The notes under the pieces: generated by a model
What the model was told of the DNA's origin: nothing
The model's database searches: none
The model's input: the letters and a program-made list of their open reading frames with translations, nothing else
In this document: positions 47,242 to 55,949 of the stretch, piece after piece
How positions within the stretch are numbered: position 1 is the stretch's first letter
Layout of the letters: each line of letters opens with the position of its first letter
Translations under genes and position numbers: made by a program
Source of the DNA: Verrucomicrobiia bacterium
GTDB taxonomy: Bacteria > Verrucomicrobiota > Verrucomicrobiia > Limisphaerales > UBA1319
Assembly (NCBI GenBank): GCA_963664225.1
Contig: OY760937.1
Span: forward strand, 2,304,001 to 2,368,000
Direction: 5' to 3'
Length of the DNA: 64,000 nucleotides

Positions 47242-48303
47242 ATGAAATATTCAATCCAGCTTACCATCCATCTGTTCCTCATATTCGTCGCCACATTGTT
47301 TCTGATCTGCGCCAGCCAGGCTGATACTTTGTATGTGTCAAGCTTCAGCAACAACACGATCATGAAATTCACGTCAGAAGGAATCGGCTCCGTATTCGCC
47401 AATACCGGCCTGAACCTTCCAGCGGGACTTGCCTTTGATCGGGCGGGCAACCTCTATGTGGCTAACTTTGCAGACTTCCGTGACAGCACGGTGGTGAAGA
47501 TTACACCCGGTGGAGTCAGCTCTGTTTTCGCCACAAACAGTAATTGGTTATATGCCTCAACGGGCCTGGTCATTGATCATGCTGACAACGTTTATGTCGC
47601 AAACGAAGGCAGCACGATTATTAACAAATTTAAACCGAGTGGCGTCGGCACCGTCTTTGCGACCACTCATTTTAGTGCGGAGGGACTTGCCTTTGACAAC
47701 GTTGGAAACCTTTACGTCGCAAACTTTAGTGACAATAGAATTGTCAAATTCACATCGCAGGGTGTCAGTTCCGTCTTCGCTGACAAAAACCTGTCTGGTC
47801 CAATGGGAGTGGCGTTCGACAAGAGTGGCAATCTATATGCGGCGAACTTCCTCGGGAATACGATTGAAAAGTTCTCACCAGCAGGCGCTAATCTCGGAGT
47901 GTTCGCCAGCACAGGTCTGGACCACCCATTCGGCATCGCTTTCGATAGCGCGGGCTATCTTTACGCGGCAAATTTCTACGGAAACACGATCGAGAAGTTC
48001 TCACCAGACGGGGCTGATCTTGGAGTGTTCGCCAGCACAGGTTTAAAAGGCCCATCCTATATCACAATTGTTCCCGAACCTACAGTAGTTCCTGATACAT
48101 CTTTGCACATTGTGGCCTCAGGCAATCAAATCTCCCTTTCCTGGCCTGTCTCAGCCAGTAATTATATTTTGCAGGTAACCACCAATCTTTCCTCTCCACT
48201 ATGGATTGATTTGACTGTTTCGCCTGTCATTCAAGATCTGCAATATGTTCTAACCAATAAGTTAACCAGCGGAAGTCAGTTTTATCGGCTAAGGAGTCCA
48301 TGA
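47242..48303 (+). CDS. Exported NHL-repeat beta-propeller protein
   Basis: Signal peptide; repeats of P.GLAFD..GNLYVANF...I.KF; VPEPT motif; C-terminal ...SQFYRL domain. Confidence 0.85.
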   Translation: MKYSIQLTIHLFLIFVATLFLICASQADTLYVSSFSNNTIMKFTSEGIGSVFANTGLNLPAGLAFDRAGNLYVANFADFRDSTVVKITPGGVSSVFATNSNWLYASTGLVIDHADNVYVANEGSTIINKFKPSGVGTVFATTHFSAEGLAFDNVGNLYVANFSDNRIVKFTSQGVSSVFADKNLSGPMGVAFDKSGNLYAANFLGNTIEKFSPAGANLGVFASTGLDHPFGIAFDSAGYLYAANFYGNTIEKFSPDGADLGVFASTGLKGPSYITIVPEPTVVPDTSLHIVASGNQISLSWPVSASNYILQVTTNLSSPLWIDLTVSPVIQDLQYVLTNKLTSGSQFYRLRSP

Positions 48304-48488
48304 CCGACTCATGTTGCAGGTTCTTTTGGACGGTCGTAATTATGGTTGGAATGGCGAAACGCATCAAACGACGCGGGCCAAACAATGCGCTTGAGCCTAA
48401 AGACAAGCGCGAGCGCAATGAAGAAGCGCCAAGTAATCCATTGGATTTAGTTAACTTGTCATATATCATTGAGTTTCCTCATTAAATT

Positions 48489-49418
48489 ATGCATGTCGCG
48501 GTAACAGGGGCCTTCGGTTATTCAGGGCGCTACATTGCCCAGCGCCTGCTGGAGGCGGGGCACAGCGTGATGACGCTGACCAATTCCGTGCAGCGGCGTA
48601 ATCCCTTTGGGGAAAAGGTGCGGGCGGTTCCCTTTCACTTTGACGATCCCAGGCGACTGACAGAATCGCTGCGGGGCACGGATGTGCTGATCAATACCTA
48701 CTGGGTGCGATTCGATCACAAGCTTTTCACCCACGGCCAGGCGGTGGCCAACACGCGGGTTCTTTTTCAAGCCGCCAGGGATGCCGGCGTGCGCCGGATT
48801 GTGCACGTGAGCATCACCAATCCGGATATCCACTCGGATCTGCCTTATTTCCGGGGCAAGGCCGAGCTGGAATCGGCTTTAACCTCGCTGGGGGTGTCCT
48901 ATTGCATTCTGCGCCCGACGGTATTGTTCGGCAAAGAGGACGTCCTGATCAACAACATCGCCTGGTCCCTGCGGCATCTGCCGGTGTTTGGGGTGTTTGG
49001 CGCGGGGGATTACAAGCTGCAGCCCATTTACGTGGACGACCTCGCCGCGGCCGCCGTGGAGCGCGCGTCCGGCCAACAGAATGAGATCATCAACGCCATC
49101 GGACCGGAGACGTTTACCTATCGCGAACTGGTGGAGGTGGTCCGCCGGACATTGGGCTTGAAGCGGCTCATTCTGGGGGTGGCGCCAGAAGTGGGTTACT
49201 GGTCGTGCCGGTTCGTCGGCCTGGTGGTGCGGGATGTGGTGATCACCCGCGAGGAAATCCGCGGATTGATGGAGGGGCGGCTCTGCGTGGAGGCTCCGCC
49301 GCTTGGCGCGACAAAACTGACCGATTGGATCCGCCGCCACAAGGACACGCTGGGGCGACATTACACGAGCGAACTGGCGCGGCGCATGGACCGGGTGTCA
49401 GGCTATCGGTCGAACTGA
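48489..49418 (+). CDS. NAD(P)-dependent epimerase/dehydratase (atypical SDR, NDUFA9-like)
   Basis: VAVTGAFGYSG, YFRGK, LRPTVLFG, QPIYVDD, GPE. Confidence 0.88.
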   Translation: MHVAVTGAFGYSGRYIAQRLLEAGHSVMTLTNSVQRRNPFGEKVRAVPFHFDDPRRLTESLRGTDVLINTYWVRFDHKLFTHGQAVANTRVLFQAARDAGVRRIVHVSITNPDIHSDLPYFRGKAELESALTSLGVSYCILRPTVLFGKEDVLINNIAWSLRHLPVFGVFGAGDYKLQPIYVDDLAAAAVERASGQQNEIINAIGPETFTYRELVEVVRRTLGLKRLILGVAPEVGYWSCRFVGLVVRDVVITREEIRGLMEGRLCVEAPPLGATKLTDWIRRHKDTLGRHYTSELARRMDRVSGYRSN

Positions 49419-49544
49419 ACGGAACAGAAACGGCGCGACTCCAGACTGACCTGGGGCGTCTCCCCGGCAAGATTCCGCGCCATCCTTACGCTTCCGTGCC
49501 CTCTTTTCATGGCATCAGTTAATGAACCTTTAATTTCTCACAAT

Positions 49545-49578
49545 ACATTTAAAGGATAAGGCCTTATCCTTTAAATGT
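49545..49578. repeat. Perfect 34-bp palindrome
   Basis: ACATTTAAAGGATAAGG|CCTTATCCTTTAAATGT. Confidence 0.9.
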
Positions 49579-49608
49579 GAATCTTGAAATTAAAGGTTGA
49601 TGCAGGTT

Positions 49609-49812
49609 GGGTGCATGACAGAATTCTTCGGCAAGATAACATGGTCTATAAATGAAACCCCTCTCTCCAACTCTCTCCCCACTCGTGCCTCGCGGGGCGA
49701 GAGAGAAGATCGCGCGTTCAGTTCTTTGAGCCGGCTGTGTTCATTCGGCCTATATACTCCCGTGTCGGTTAAAAGCCTTTTTCACCGGGCTGAAGAATTT
49801 TGTCCTGCACTC
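49609..49812. mobile_element. About 204-bp MITE of the same family as 43449-45848
   Basis: Ends GGGTGCATGACAGAATTCTTCGGCAA / GAAGAATTTTGTCCTGCACTC; flanks ATGCAGGTT / AAGCAGGTT (8/9); internal REP-like hairpin. Confidence 0.78.
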
Positions 49813-49940
49813 AAGCAGGTTGCATGCAGCCCGCCATCAGCCCTAACGGCGCGGTTCCATGCCAGGCTGTAAAAAAACTGTAATCCGCAGATGACAGCGA
49901 TTCCCGCAGATTATGGACAAAGTTCTTCTCCCGCCCCCGT

Positions 49941-51206
49941 TCATTTCGTGCCGATGCAGAAAAGATTCGTGGCGGTGCGGATAAAACACTGTCCCTGCGA
50001 AATGGCCATGGAGGCTTGCAGGTTCTCCTGGCCCAACGGATTCTTTGCGAGCAACTTGAACTGCGGTCCGGCTTCGATCACGGTTGTTTCTCCTTCGTCG
50101 GACAAAAAGTAAATGCGCCCCCCGGCACTGACCGGGGACGCGGAGAAATGTTTGCCGATGCGCCCCTGCCAGAGGACCTCCCCTGTTTCGGCCTTCATGC
50201 AGGTGGCATCGCCGGTGTCGTTGATGGCATAGAGGTTGGGCTTTATATAAAGCATCGAGGGCACCTTGGGCATACCCTTGCGCTGCTCCCAAACCAGATT
50301 TGTTTCGCCCAGTTCACCGAGCGCGCCGATCCGGAAAGCCTTGATGGATTCCTTGCCACCCCAACCGCCCGAGGTGAAAACGAGTCCCTCACCCAGCACC
50401 ACCGATGGGACCTTGCCCTCGCCAATGACCTTGCTCGACCAAAGACGTTCTCCCGACTGAACGTCGAAACCCTGCACCACATCGCCCGCCTCGCTGACCA
50501 CCTGCGCGCGTCCGTCCGCAGCGGTCCAGATGGCCGGGACACAGTGTGCGATACGCGACATTCCGCGCCCGGTTTTCCAGCGTTCCCTGCCTGTTTTCGC
50601 GTCAATCGCGAGAACGAATGACTGGTCCCAGGGTTTCTGCCAGCCCAGGCCTTTGTCGTCCCCCTCGCTGCTGGCGTCGCGCGCCATGATCAGCAAACCC
50701 TGGTAAAGTATCGGCGACGTTCCCAGACCGTGCTGGCTGTAGAACGGATAGTCGCGATTGGTCCAGAGCACTTCACCTGCGAAATTCAGTGCGACGAAAC
50801 TGCCGTCGCCAAAACAGGCGTAAACCCGTTCGCCGTCCGTGGCGGGGGTCGGCGTGGCGTAGGAATTCCGGCCTTCCTTGCGCTTGAGAACTTGCTGGAA
50901 GACCTCCTTATTCCAGAGGATCTTTCCGGTCAATCGATCCAGCGCCAACACCCGGCAACTCTTTCCATTGTCCGTTGCGGTGGTGACAAACACGCGATCC
51001 CCCCAGACGATGGGTGACGACCAGGATTCTCCGGGCAACTCGGTCTTCCAGGCGATGTTTTCGGTGGCGCTCCACTTTAATGGCACGCCGGTCTCGGCGG
51101 AATGCCCCTGGTGATCAGGTCCGCGGAACTGGGGCCAGTTCTCCGCGCTGGCCAGGGCGATGGAGCAAAGCAGTGCGGAAAAAGTAGCAAGGACGTGATT
51201 CTTCAT
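49941..51206 (-). CDS. PQQ-like beta-propeller exported protein (PVC-type)
   Basis: Signal peptide, ENWPQFRGP, SSPIVWGDRVFVT, YATPTPATDGERVY, ASMAIS. Confidence 0.85.
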   Translation of the reverse strand: MKNHVLATFSALLCSIALASAENWPQFRGPDHQGHSAETGVPLKWSATENIAWKTELPGESWSSPIVWGDRVFVTTATDNGKSCRVLALDRLTGKILWNKEVFQQVLKRKEGRNSYATPTPATDGERVYACFGDGSFVALNFAGEVLWTNRDYPFYSQHGLGTSPILYQGLLIMARDASSEGDDKGLGWQKPWDQSFVLAIDAKTGRERWKTGRGMSRIAHCVPAIWTAADGRAQVVSEAGDVVQGFDVQSGERLWSSKVIGEGKVPSVVLGEGLVFTSGGWGGKESIKAFRIGALGELGETNLVWEQRKGMPKVPSMLYIKPNLYAINDTGDATCMKAETGEVLWQGRIGKHFSASPVSAGGRIYFLSDEGETTVIEAGPQFKLLAKNPLGQENLQASMAISQGQCFIRTATNLFCIGTK

Positions 51207-51299
51207 AAAATCGTTCGATTCGATGGCGCGTTCATTGTGTATGCCAGCATTCTATCCATCCGACAAGGGATGAAAATAGAATTTTTGTATCCAGTTTGG

Positions 51300-52058
51300 T
51301 CAAGGCTTTGCGATCGTGGAAATCCGGACATCGTCGATGTGGATCCAGTTGTCCGTATCGATCGCGGGATGCCGATACATGCCAAGTTTCAAGTAATGTT
51401 GAACGTCATTGTGCATGTTCGGGCCGTCTGCGGTGAGCGCGGGCTTGGTGAGATCATCCAGAAAGACGGAGGCCTTACCGTCCGAACTTCGCGACCAGCG
51501 AACGACAACCGTGATGTTGTGCCATTTGCCGCGCTCCACAGTGAGGGGGCCAAGATTGCGCGGCTTGGTCGGGCCGTAGCTCAGACCGATGACCAGTCGT
51601 CCGTTCAACTCCGCCAGCCCAATCGCGACCGGAGGACTGCGCGCGGGAAAACCCTTCCAGGTTTCGCCTTTCGCTTTATCCGGCTGGTCATGCCACTGTC
51701 CAATGAGCCACCAGCGGTTCGTGGGGGCGTCGGACGCAAAATCGCTCGGCAGCATGAACCGCCAGGAATAACTGACCGTCTGCCCCAGCTCGTAAGGATA
51801 ATCGACGCTCACCTCCGCGCGAATCCCGTTGTTGACCTTGTTCTGGCCGGGAATGATGTGAAGCCCAAGATACGTGTTCGTCCCTTCGCCACGAACGGCA
51901 ACCGCGTTTGACGAACCCACCTCCAGGTGTGCGTATTGCAGGAGGGCGTCCGGCAGAATGGTCCGCAGATAAGCGAGTTCGTCCTGTCGGGCATCGGCCC
52001 AGGTGCGGGCGCAGAAGGCGGTGAAGAGAAACAGGGCTATCAGGATTTTGTTAGGCAT
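51300..52058 (-). CDS. Polysaccharide lyase-like jelly-roll protein
   Basis: Signal peptide; RAEV, IGQWHD, GKWH, YLKLGMYR, DDVRI motifs typical of Polysacc_lyase/heparin lyase I-like folds. Confidence 0.65.
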   Translation of the reverse strand: MPNKILIALFLFTAFCARTWADARQDELAYLRTILPDALLQYAHLEVGSSNAVAVRGEGTNTYLGLHIIPGQNKVNNGIRAEVSVDYPYELGQTVSYSWRFMLPSDFASDAPTNRWWLIGQWHDQPDKAKGETWKGFPARSPPVAIGLAELNGRLVIGLSYGPTKPRNLGPLTVERGKWHNITVVVRWSRSSDGKASVFLDDLTKPALTADGPNMHNDVQHYLKLGMYRHPAIDTDNWIHIDDVRISTIAKP

Positions 52059-52136
52059 GGGAATGGGGATTGTCACCGGCGGACATCGTTGAACATTAAA
52101 GACGCTTACGATTGGCAGGTCGTTGAATCTCCATTG

Positions 52137-52421
52137 TCAGACATCCGTGTGTTCATCGGCCTTCTTCTTGAGCAACCTGGCCACTTGCAGCGCCGTCACT
52201 AAGAGCAACGAAAAGGCCATGACGGCCGTGCCAAGAAAAATGCCCCAAATCATCCCGACGGCAGCCGCATACCTTGGCAGGGCCGTTCCGGCTGCGGGGG
52301 AGAAGAGGTTCTTGACGAATTCGGGTGAAATAACGGTTATGAGACACGCAAACAATCCACCAAGAACCGAAGACGCAAGCGCCCCGGCCACGATGTAAAT
52401 AAAGCATCGCAAGAATGTCAT
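52137..52421 (-). CDS. Small hypothetical membrane protein
   Basis: 94 aa with two hydrophobic segments. Confidence 0.6.
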   Translation of the reverse strand: MTFLRCFIYIVAGALASSVLGGLFACLITVISPEFVKNLFSPAAGTALPRYAAAVGMIWGIFLGTAVMAFSLLLVTALQVARLLKKKADEHTDV

Positions 52422-52554
52422 AATCTCGTGTTTTTCAGAGGGTTTATTCGTCCATTATACTTCAATGAGTTACGGATCACGACAATAATCCTGGATAAAA
52501 ATGGCCCGGGCGCGGGGCCTTGCAGGATGTGGCCAGTTGTAAACTCTCCAACGA

Positions 52555-54267
52555 CTATGCGCGGAAGAGCTGGCCCATTTTTTTGCCGAGGAGGCGACCG
52601 GCCACAAGAAGGCTGATGGTGAGGATCGCCATGCCGACCATGCCCAGGGCGCAGGCGATGCCGGGAGCGGCGGGGTCCACGCGGCCGACGAGCTGCCAGA
52701 TGGCCTTGGTGATGGGGAAGTATTGTTCCCGCATGGCCAGGATGAGGCTGTCGCTGACTTCGAGCATGGCGAATGAGAAGGTGAGGATGGACCCGGCGAT
52801 GAGGTTGGCCATGACGAGCGGCAGGGTGATTTTGCGCAGAGTGCGCCATGGGGAGGCCCCGAGGTTCGCGGAGGCTTCCTCGAGGGTGATGCTGGTTTGC
52901 TGGAATCCGGCGTAGGCGGAGCGGACGATGTAGGGCAGGCGGCGGACGCTGTAGCTGATGATCAGGAGGAGCGTGGGGTTCTGGCGGGGGTTCAGCCACG
53001 CGATGTTCCAGTCGAACCCGGCCACGTAGCCAAAGGCCAGGACGAGACCGGGCAAGGCGAGCGGGAGCATGGCCAGGGCGTCGAGCACGCTGGCCCACGG
53101 AATTTTGCGGCGGGTCAAGAGCCAGGCGATCAGGACGCCGAGGACGAGGTCCAGCAGGGCGCTGCATCCGGAATAAAAGAGGCTGTTGCGAATGCTGGAG
53201 ACGGTCCGGCCCACGCCGCCGATATCGACGTAGTGGTCCAGGGTCCATTGATCGGGCAGGACGGTGAAAAACCAGCGGCCGGCGACGGATTCCACGGCGA
53301 CGGCGATGTGCGGCAGCAGCGCCACGCCGATGACCAGCCCCAGCGCGCACCAGAGGAGGACGGTTTGCCGGGGTGTGGCCTGGGTTTCGGTGCCGGAGGA
53401 ATGGCCGCGCCCGGACATTTCATAGCGCCGACCGGCGAAGAGTTTTTTGGAGACCAGAAACAGGGCGAGCGTGAACACGAGCACAAAGACCACCAGCGCG
53501 TAGCCCATGGGATTGGTGTTGAGATCGCTGAGGGCGTCGAAGATCCGCACGGGCACGACGCGCGAAAAACCGAAAATCAATGGCGTGCCGAGGTCCGTGA
53601 AGGACCAGATGAAGACGAGGATGGCCCCCGCGAAATAACCGGGCACGATGAGCGGCAGAGTGATGGTGCGAAATGTGCGCCATCCGCCCGCGCCCATGTT
53701 TTGGGCGGCCTCAGCCAGGGCGGGATCGATATTCGCAAGAGCGGCCGAGACATTGAGGAAGAGGATGGGATAGAGGCTCATCGTTTGAAGCGCGACGATG
53801 CCCCAAAAACCGCCCGCGCCGAGCCAGTCGATGGGGGCGTTGGCGGGAATGATCCCCCAGTCCATGAGCAGGAGATTCACGGAACCGAAGCGGGCGAGCA
53901 ACTGGCGCAGGCCAATGGCTCCGACAAAGGGGGGGAGGATCATCGGCACGAGGAGCATCGCGCTTAGAAGGGTCTTGCCCCGGAAACGGTAGCGTGTGAC
54001 CCAGTATGCGAGGGGAATCGCCAGGAGCGAGGAGAACGCGGTGGTGCAAACGGCCATGGCAAAGCTGTTGGCCAGGGCGGTGCGTTCCAGCGGGCTGGAG
54101 AGAAGCATCCCGAAGTATTGGAAGGTGAACCGCTCCCCCACCCCGAACGCGCCGCGCAAGAGCCAGGCAATGGGGTAGAACATGAAGGCCGCGAAAAAGA
54201 GAACCACCAGGAGCAGCAGCAGCCCGATGCGCCAGGTGAGGTCGTAGTTCGTGCGGCGCAGAATCAT
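52555..54267 (-). CDS. Fe3+/thiamine-type ABC transporter permease (FbpB-like, duplicated domains)
   Basis: Two EAA loops (AEAAQNMGA, EEASANLGA), ILPPFVGA, DLGTPL, ALPGLVLAFGY. Confidence 0.88.
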   Translation of the reverse strand: MILRRTNYDLTWRIGLLLLLVVLFFAAFMFYPIAWLLRGAFGVGERFTFQYFGMLLSSPLERTALANSFAMAVCTTAFSSLLAIPLAYWVTRYRFRGKTLLSAMLLVPMILPPFVGAIGLRQLLARFGSVNLLLMDWGIIPANAPIDWLGAGGFWGIVALQTMSLYPILFLNVSAALANIDPALAEAAQNMGAGGWRTFRTITLPLIVPGYFAGAILVFIWSFTDLGTPLIFGFSRVVPVRIFDALSDLNTNPMGYALVVFVLVFTLALFLVSKKLFAGRRYEMSGRGHSSGTETQATPRQTVLLWCALGLVIGVALLPHIAVAVESVAGRWFFTVLPDQWTLDHYVDIGGVGRTVSSIRNSLFYSGCSALLDLVLGVLIAWLLTRRKIPWASVLDALAMLPLALPGLVLAFGYVAGFDWNIAWLNPRQNPTLLLIISYSVRRLPYIVRSAYAGFQQTSITLEEASANLGASPWRTLRKITLPLVMANLIAGSILTFSFAMLEVSDSLILAMREQYFPITKAIWQLVGRVDPAAPGIACALGMVGMAILTISLLVAGRLLGKKMGQLFRA

Positions 54268-54295
54268 GGGGCAATGGGCGGACGGAATACCTGGG

Positions 54296-55582
54296 CTAAA
54301 ACAATTCCTGCTCGGATGGCGGTCGCTGACGGGCGGGTCTGCGAGGGGGCTTGGGGGCGTCCGCTTGTTCTGGCGGGAGCTCCGCCGCGATGGCGGGGAA
54401 TTCGAGCTCGACGGGGGCTTGCGCAGGAGCGGAGGCCTGGGTGTTTTCAGGGGCGGTGGCCTCTTCGGCAGGCGCATCAGGGTCAGGGGCGTTCGATGAA
54501 GGTTGCGCCTCTTCGTGGGGTTCAGGGGCGGGAGGCACTTCGAAAGCCTCCTGATCGTTCACGGGCATCACGGGTTCGACGTTTGCGGGGGCGGGTTCGG
54601 AATGGGCAGGTTCTGGTTCCTGGACCGGAGGATCAACGGGACCTTCGTCTGGGGCGGGCGGGACTTCGTAGGCCTCCTCATCGGTTGAAGGCATGAGAGG
54701 CTCGGCGGTTGAAGGAGGGAACGAGGTTCCTGCCGGCGCGGGCGCCTGGAGGGGCGCTTCGATGGGGGCTTCGACCGGAGCGAAGGAGTGTGTGATGGTT
54801 CCGGGATCGTTTTCTCCAGGGACCGCGAGGACGACCAGGGCGCGGCGCAGGAGTTGCCCCTGGAAGGTGTAACCGGTGGCAACGACTTGTGCGATGCGGG
54901 TATCCGCAGGGATTGCGGTTTGCCGATCCACGGTCTGATGGGCCTCGGCGTTGAAGGGTTCGTTGGGCTCGGGGACGAAAGGAACGAGGCCGATGCGGCG
55001 GGCCAGATCGCAACAGGCGGCCTGAAAATGGCTTAATTGCTCGATCAAATGGGGCTGCCCGGAGCGGGCTCCGGCCTGTTGGAGTGCAAAGACATGATCC
55101 AGGAGGCCGGTAATGATTTGCAATGACTCGCCCTCGGCGCGGTGCATTTTTTCGATTTCGAGCCGCATGCGGCTTTTCTCGGCGTCCTGGGATTTCTCCA
55201 TGAACGCGGTGAAGGCCCTGGTTTCCGTGGCCATGCGCGTGGCGATATCGCCGGCGGTGGAAGCGGTTTTCTCCGCCAACTGGTGGGCGGTCTGCCAGTG
55301 GGAAGTGGCGAGGTCGATGCGCGCGGCCAGTTGCTCGATTTGTTGGATCCTGGCGACGGCATCGTCAAGGTTTTCGCTTTCTGCCAGACGCAGGGCGGCG
55401 CGGTATTCAAGGAGGAAGGGCAGCACGCTGAGGATACCGGCCAGGGCGACCGCGAGGATAAAAACCAGCACCATGACGGCGCCCGGAGGGGTGCCCAGAT
55501 GATTCATCGCCACCATGGCAAAATACAACAAAACCAGGTCCGCGAGAAAAAACGGCCATTTCGCAATTTTGGGAACACTCAT
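54296..55582 (-). CDS. Membrane-anchored GrpE-domain protein with Pro/Glu-rich tail
   Basis: Two N-terminal TM segments, coiled coil, GrpE-head-like FNAEAHQ...IAQVVATGYTFQGQLLRRALV. Confidence 0.7.
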   Translation of the reverse strand: MSVPKIAKWPFFLADLVLLYFAMVAMNHLGTPPGAVMVLVFILAVALAGILSVLPFLLEYRAALRLAESENLDDAVARIQQIEQLAARIDLATSHWQTAHQLAEKTASTAGDIATRMATETRAFTAFMEKSQDAEKSRMRLEIEKMHRAEGESLQIITGLLDHVFALQQAGARSGQPHLIEQLSHFQAACCDLARRIGLVPFVPEPNEPFNAEAHQTVDRQTAIPADTRIAQVVATGYTFQGQLLRRALVVLAVPGENDPGTITHSFAPVEAPIEAPLQAPAPAGTSFPPSTAEPLMPSTDEEAYEVPPAPDEGPVDPPVQEPEPAHSEPAPANVEPVMPVNDQEAFEVPPAPEPHEEAQPSSNAPDPDAPAEEATAPENTQASAPAQAPVELEFPAIAAELPPEQADAPKPPRRPARQRPPSEQELF

Positions 55583-55949
55583 GTTGTCCATAACGGAGCC
55601 AGATTAAAGCGGATCATGGGGATTGTGGCGATTGAATATTTCCCGGGATAAAACGAATAAGGCGAATCGCCATTGGCATGGCAGTTGGAATTGCAAAGGA
55701 ATCCGGCTGGAGGTGTTTCATGAAGCAGGTCAAACCCATCCTGCCAAGTACTGGGATCTCCCCAGACATCATTCCACCAGCCGGATAAGCTGTGCCCCAT
55801 TCCAGGAACGGAGCCTAATTCAATAGACGTTAATCCCCAATCGCACAAGAATCAACTTCGGTGGAAAACAAATCCGGGCACTTTCGATTATTTCCAGGCG
55901 GATTTCAGAGGCCGCTGGGGCGGACCTGACGGCAGCGTCCGTCTCAGGA

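Noticed and set aside
48375..48440. attC-like start GCCAAACAATGCGCTTGAGCC suggesting an integron cassette
   Set aside because: No complementary GTTRRRY arm or full hairpin is visible and there is no integrase; at most a decayed half-site.
46897..48635. 147-bp repeat pair as DGR template/variable repeats served by the nearby RT
   Set aside because: Only 2 of 3 mismatches are at adenines, the repeat is at a gene 5' end rather than a C-terminal ligand-binding domain, and the RT is a group II intron protein with domains V/VI.
54296..54316. C-terminal EQELF as a beta-clamp-binding motif
   Set aside because: Imperfect match to QL[SD]LF and implausible without other evidence for a membrane GrpE-like protein.
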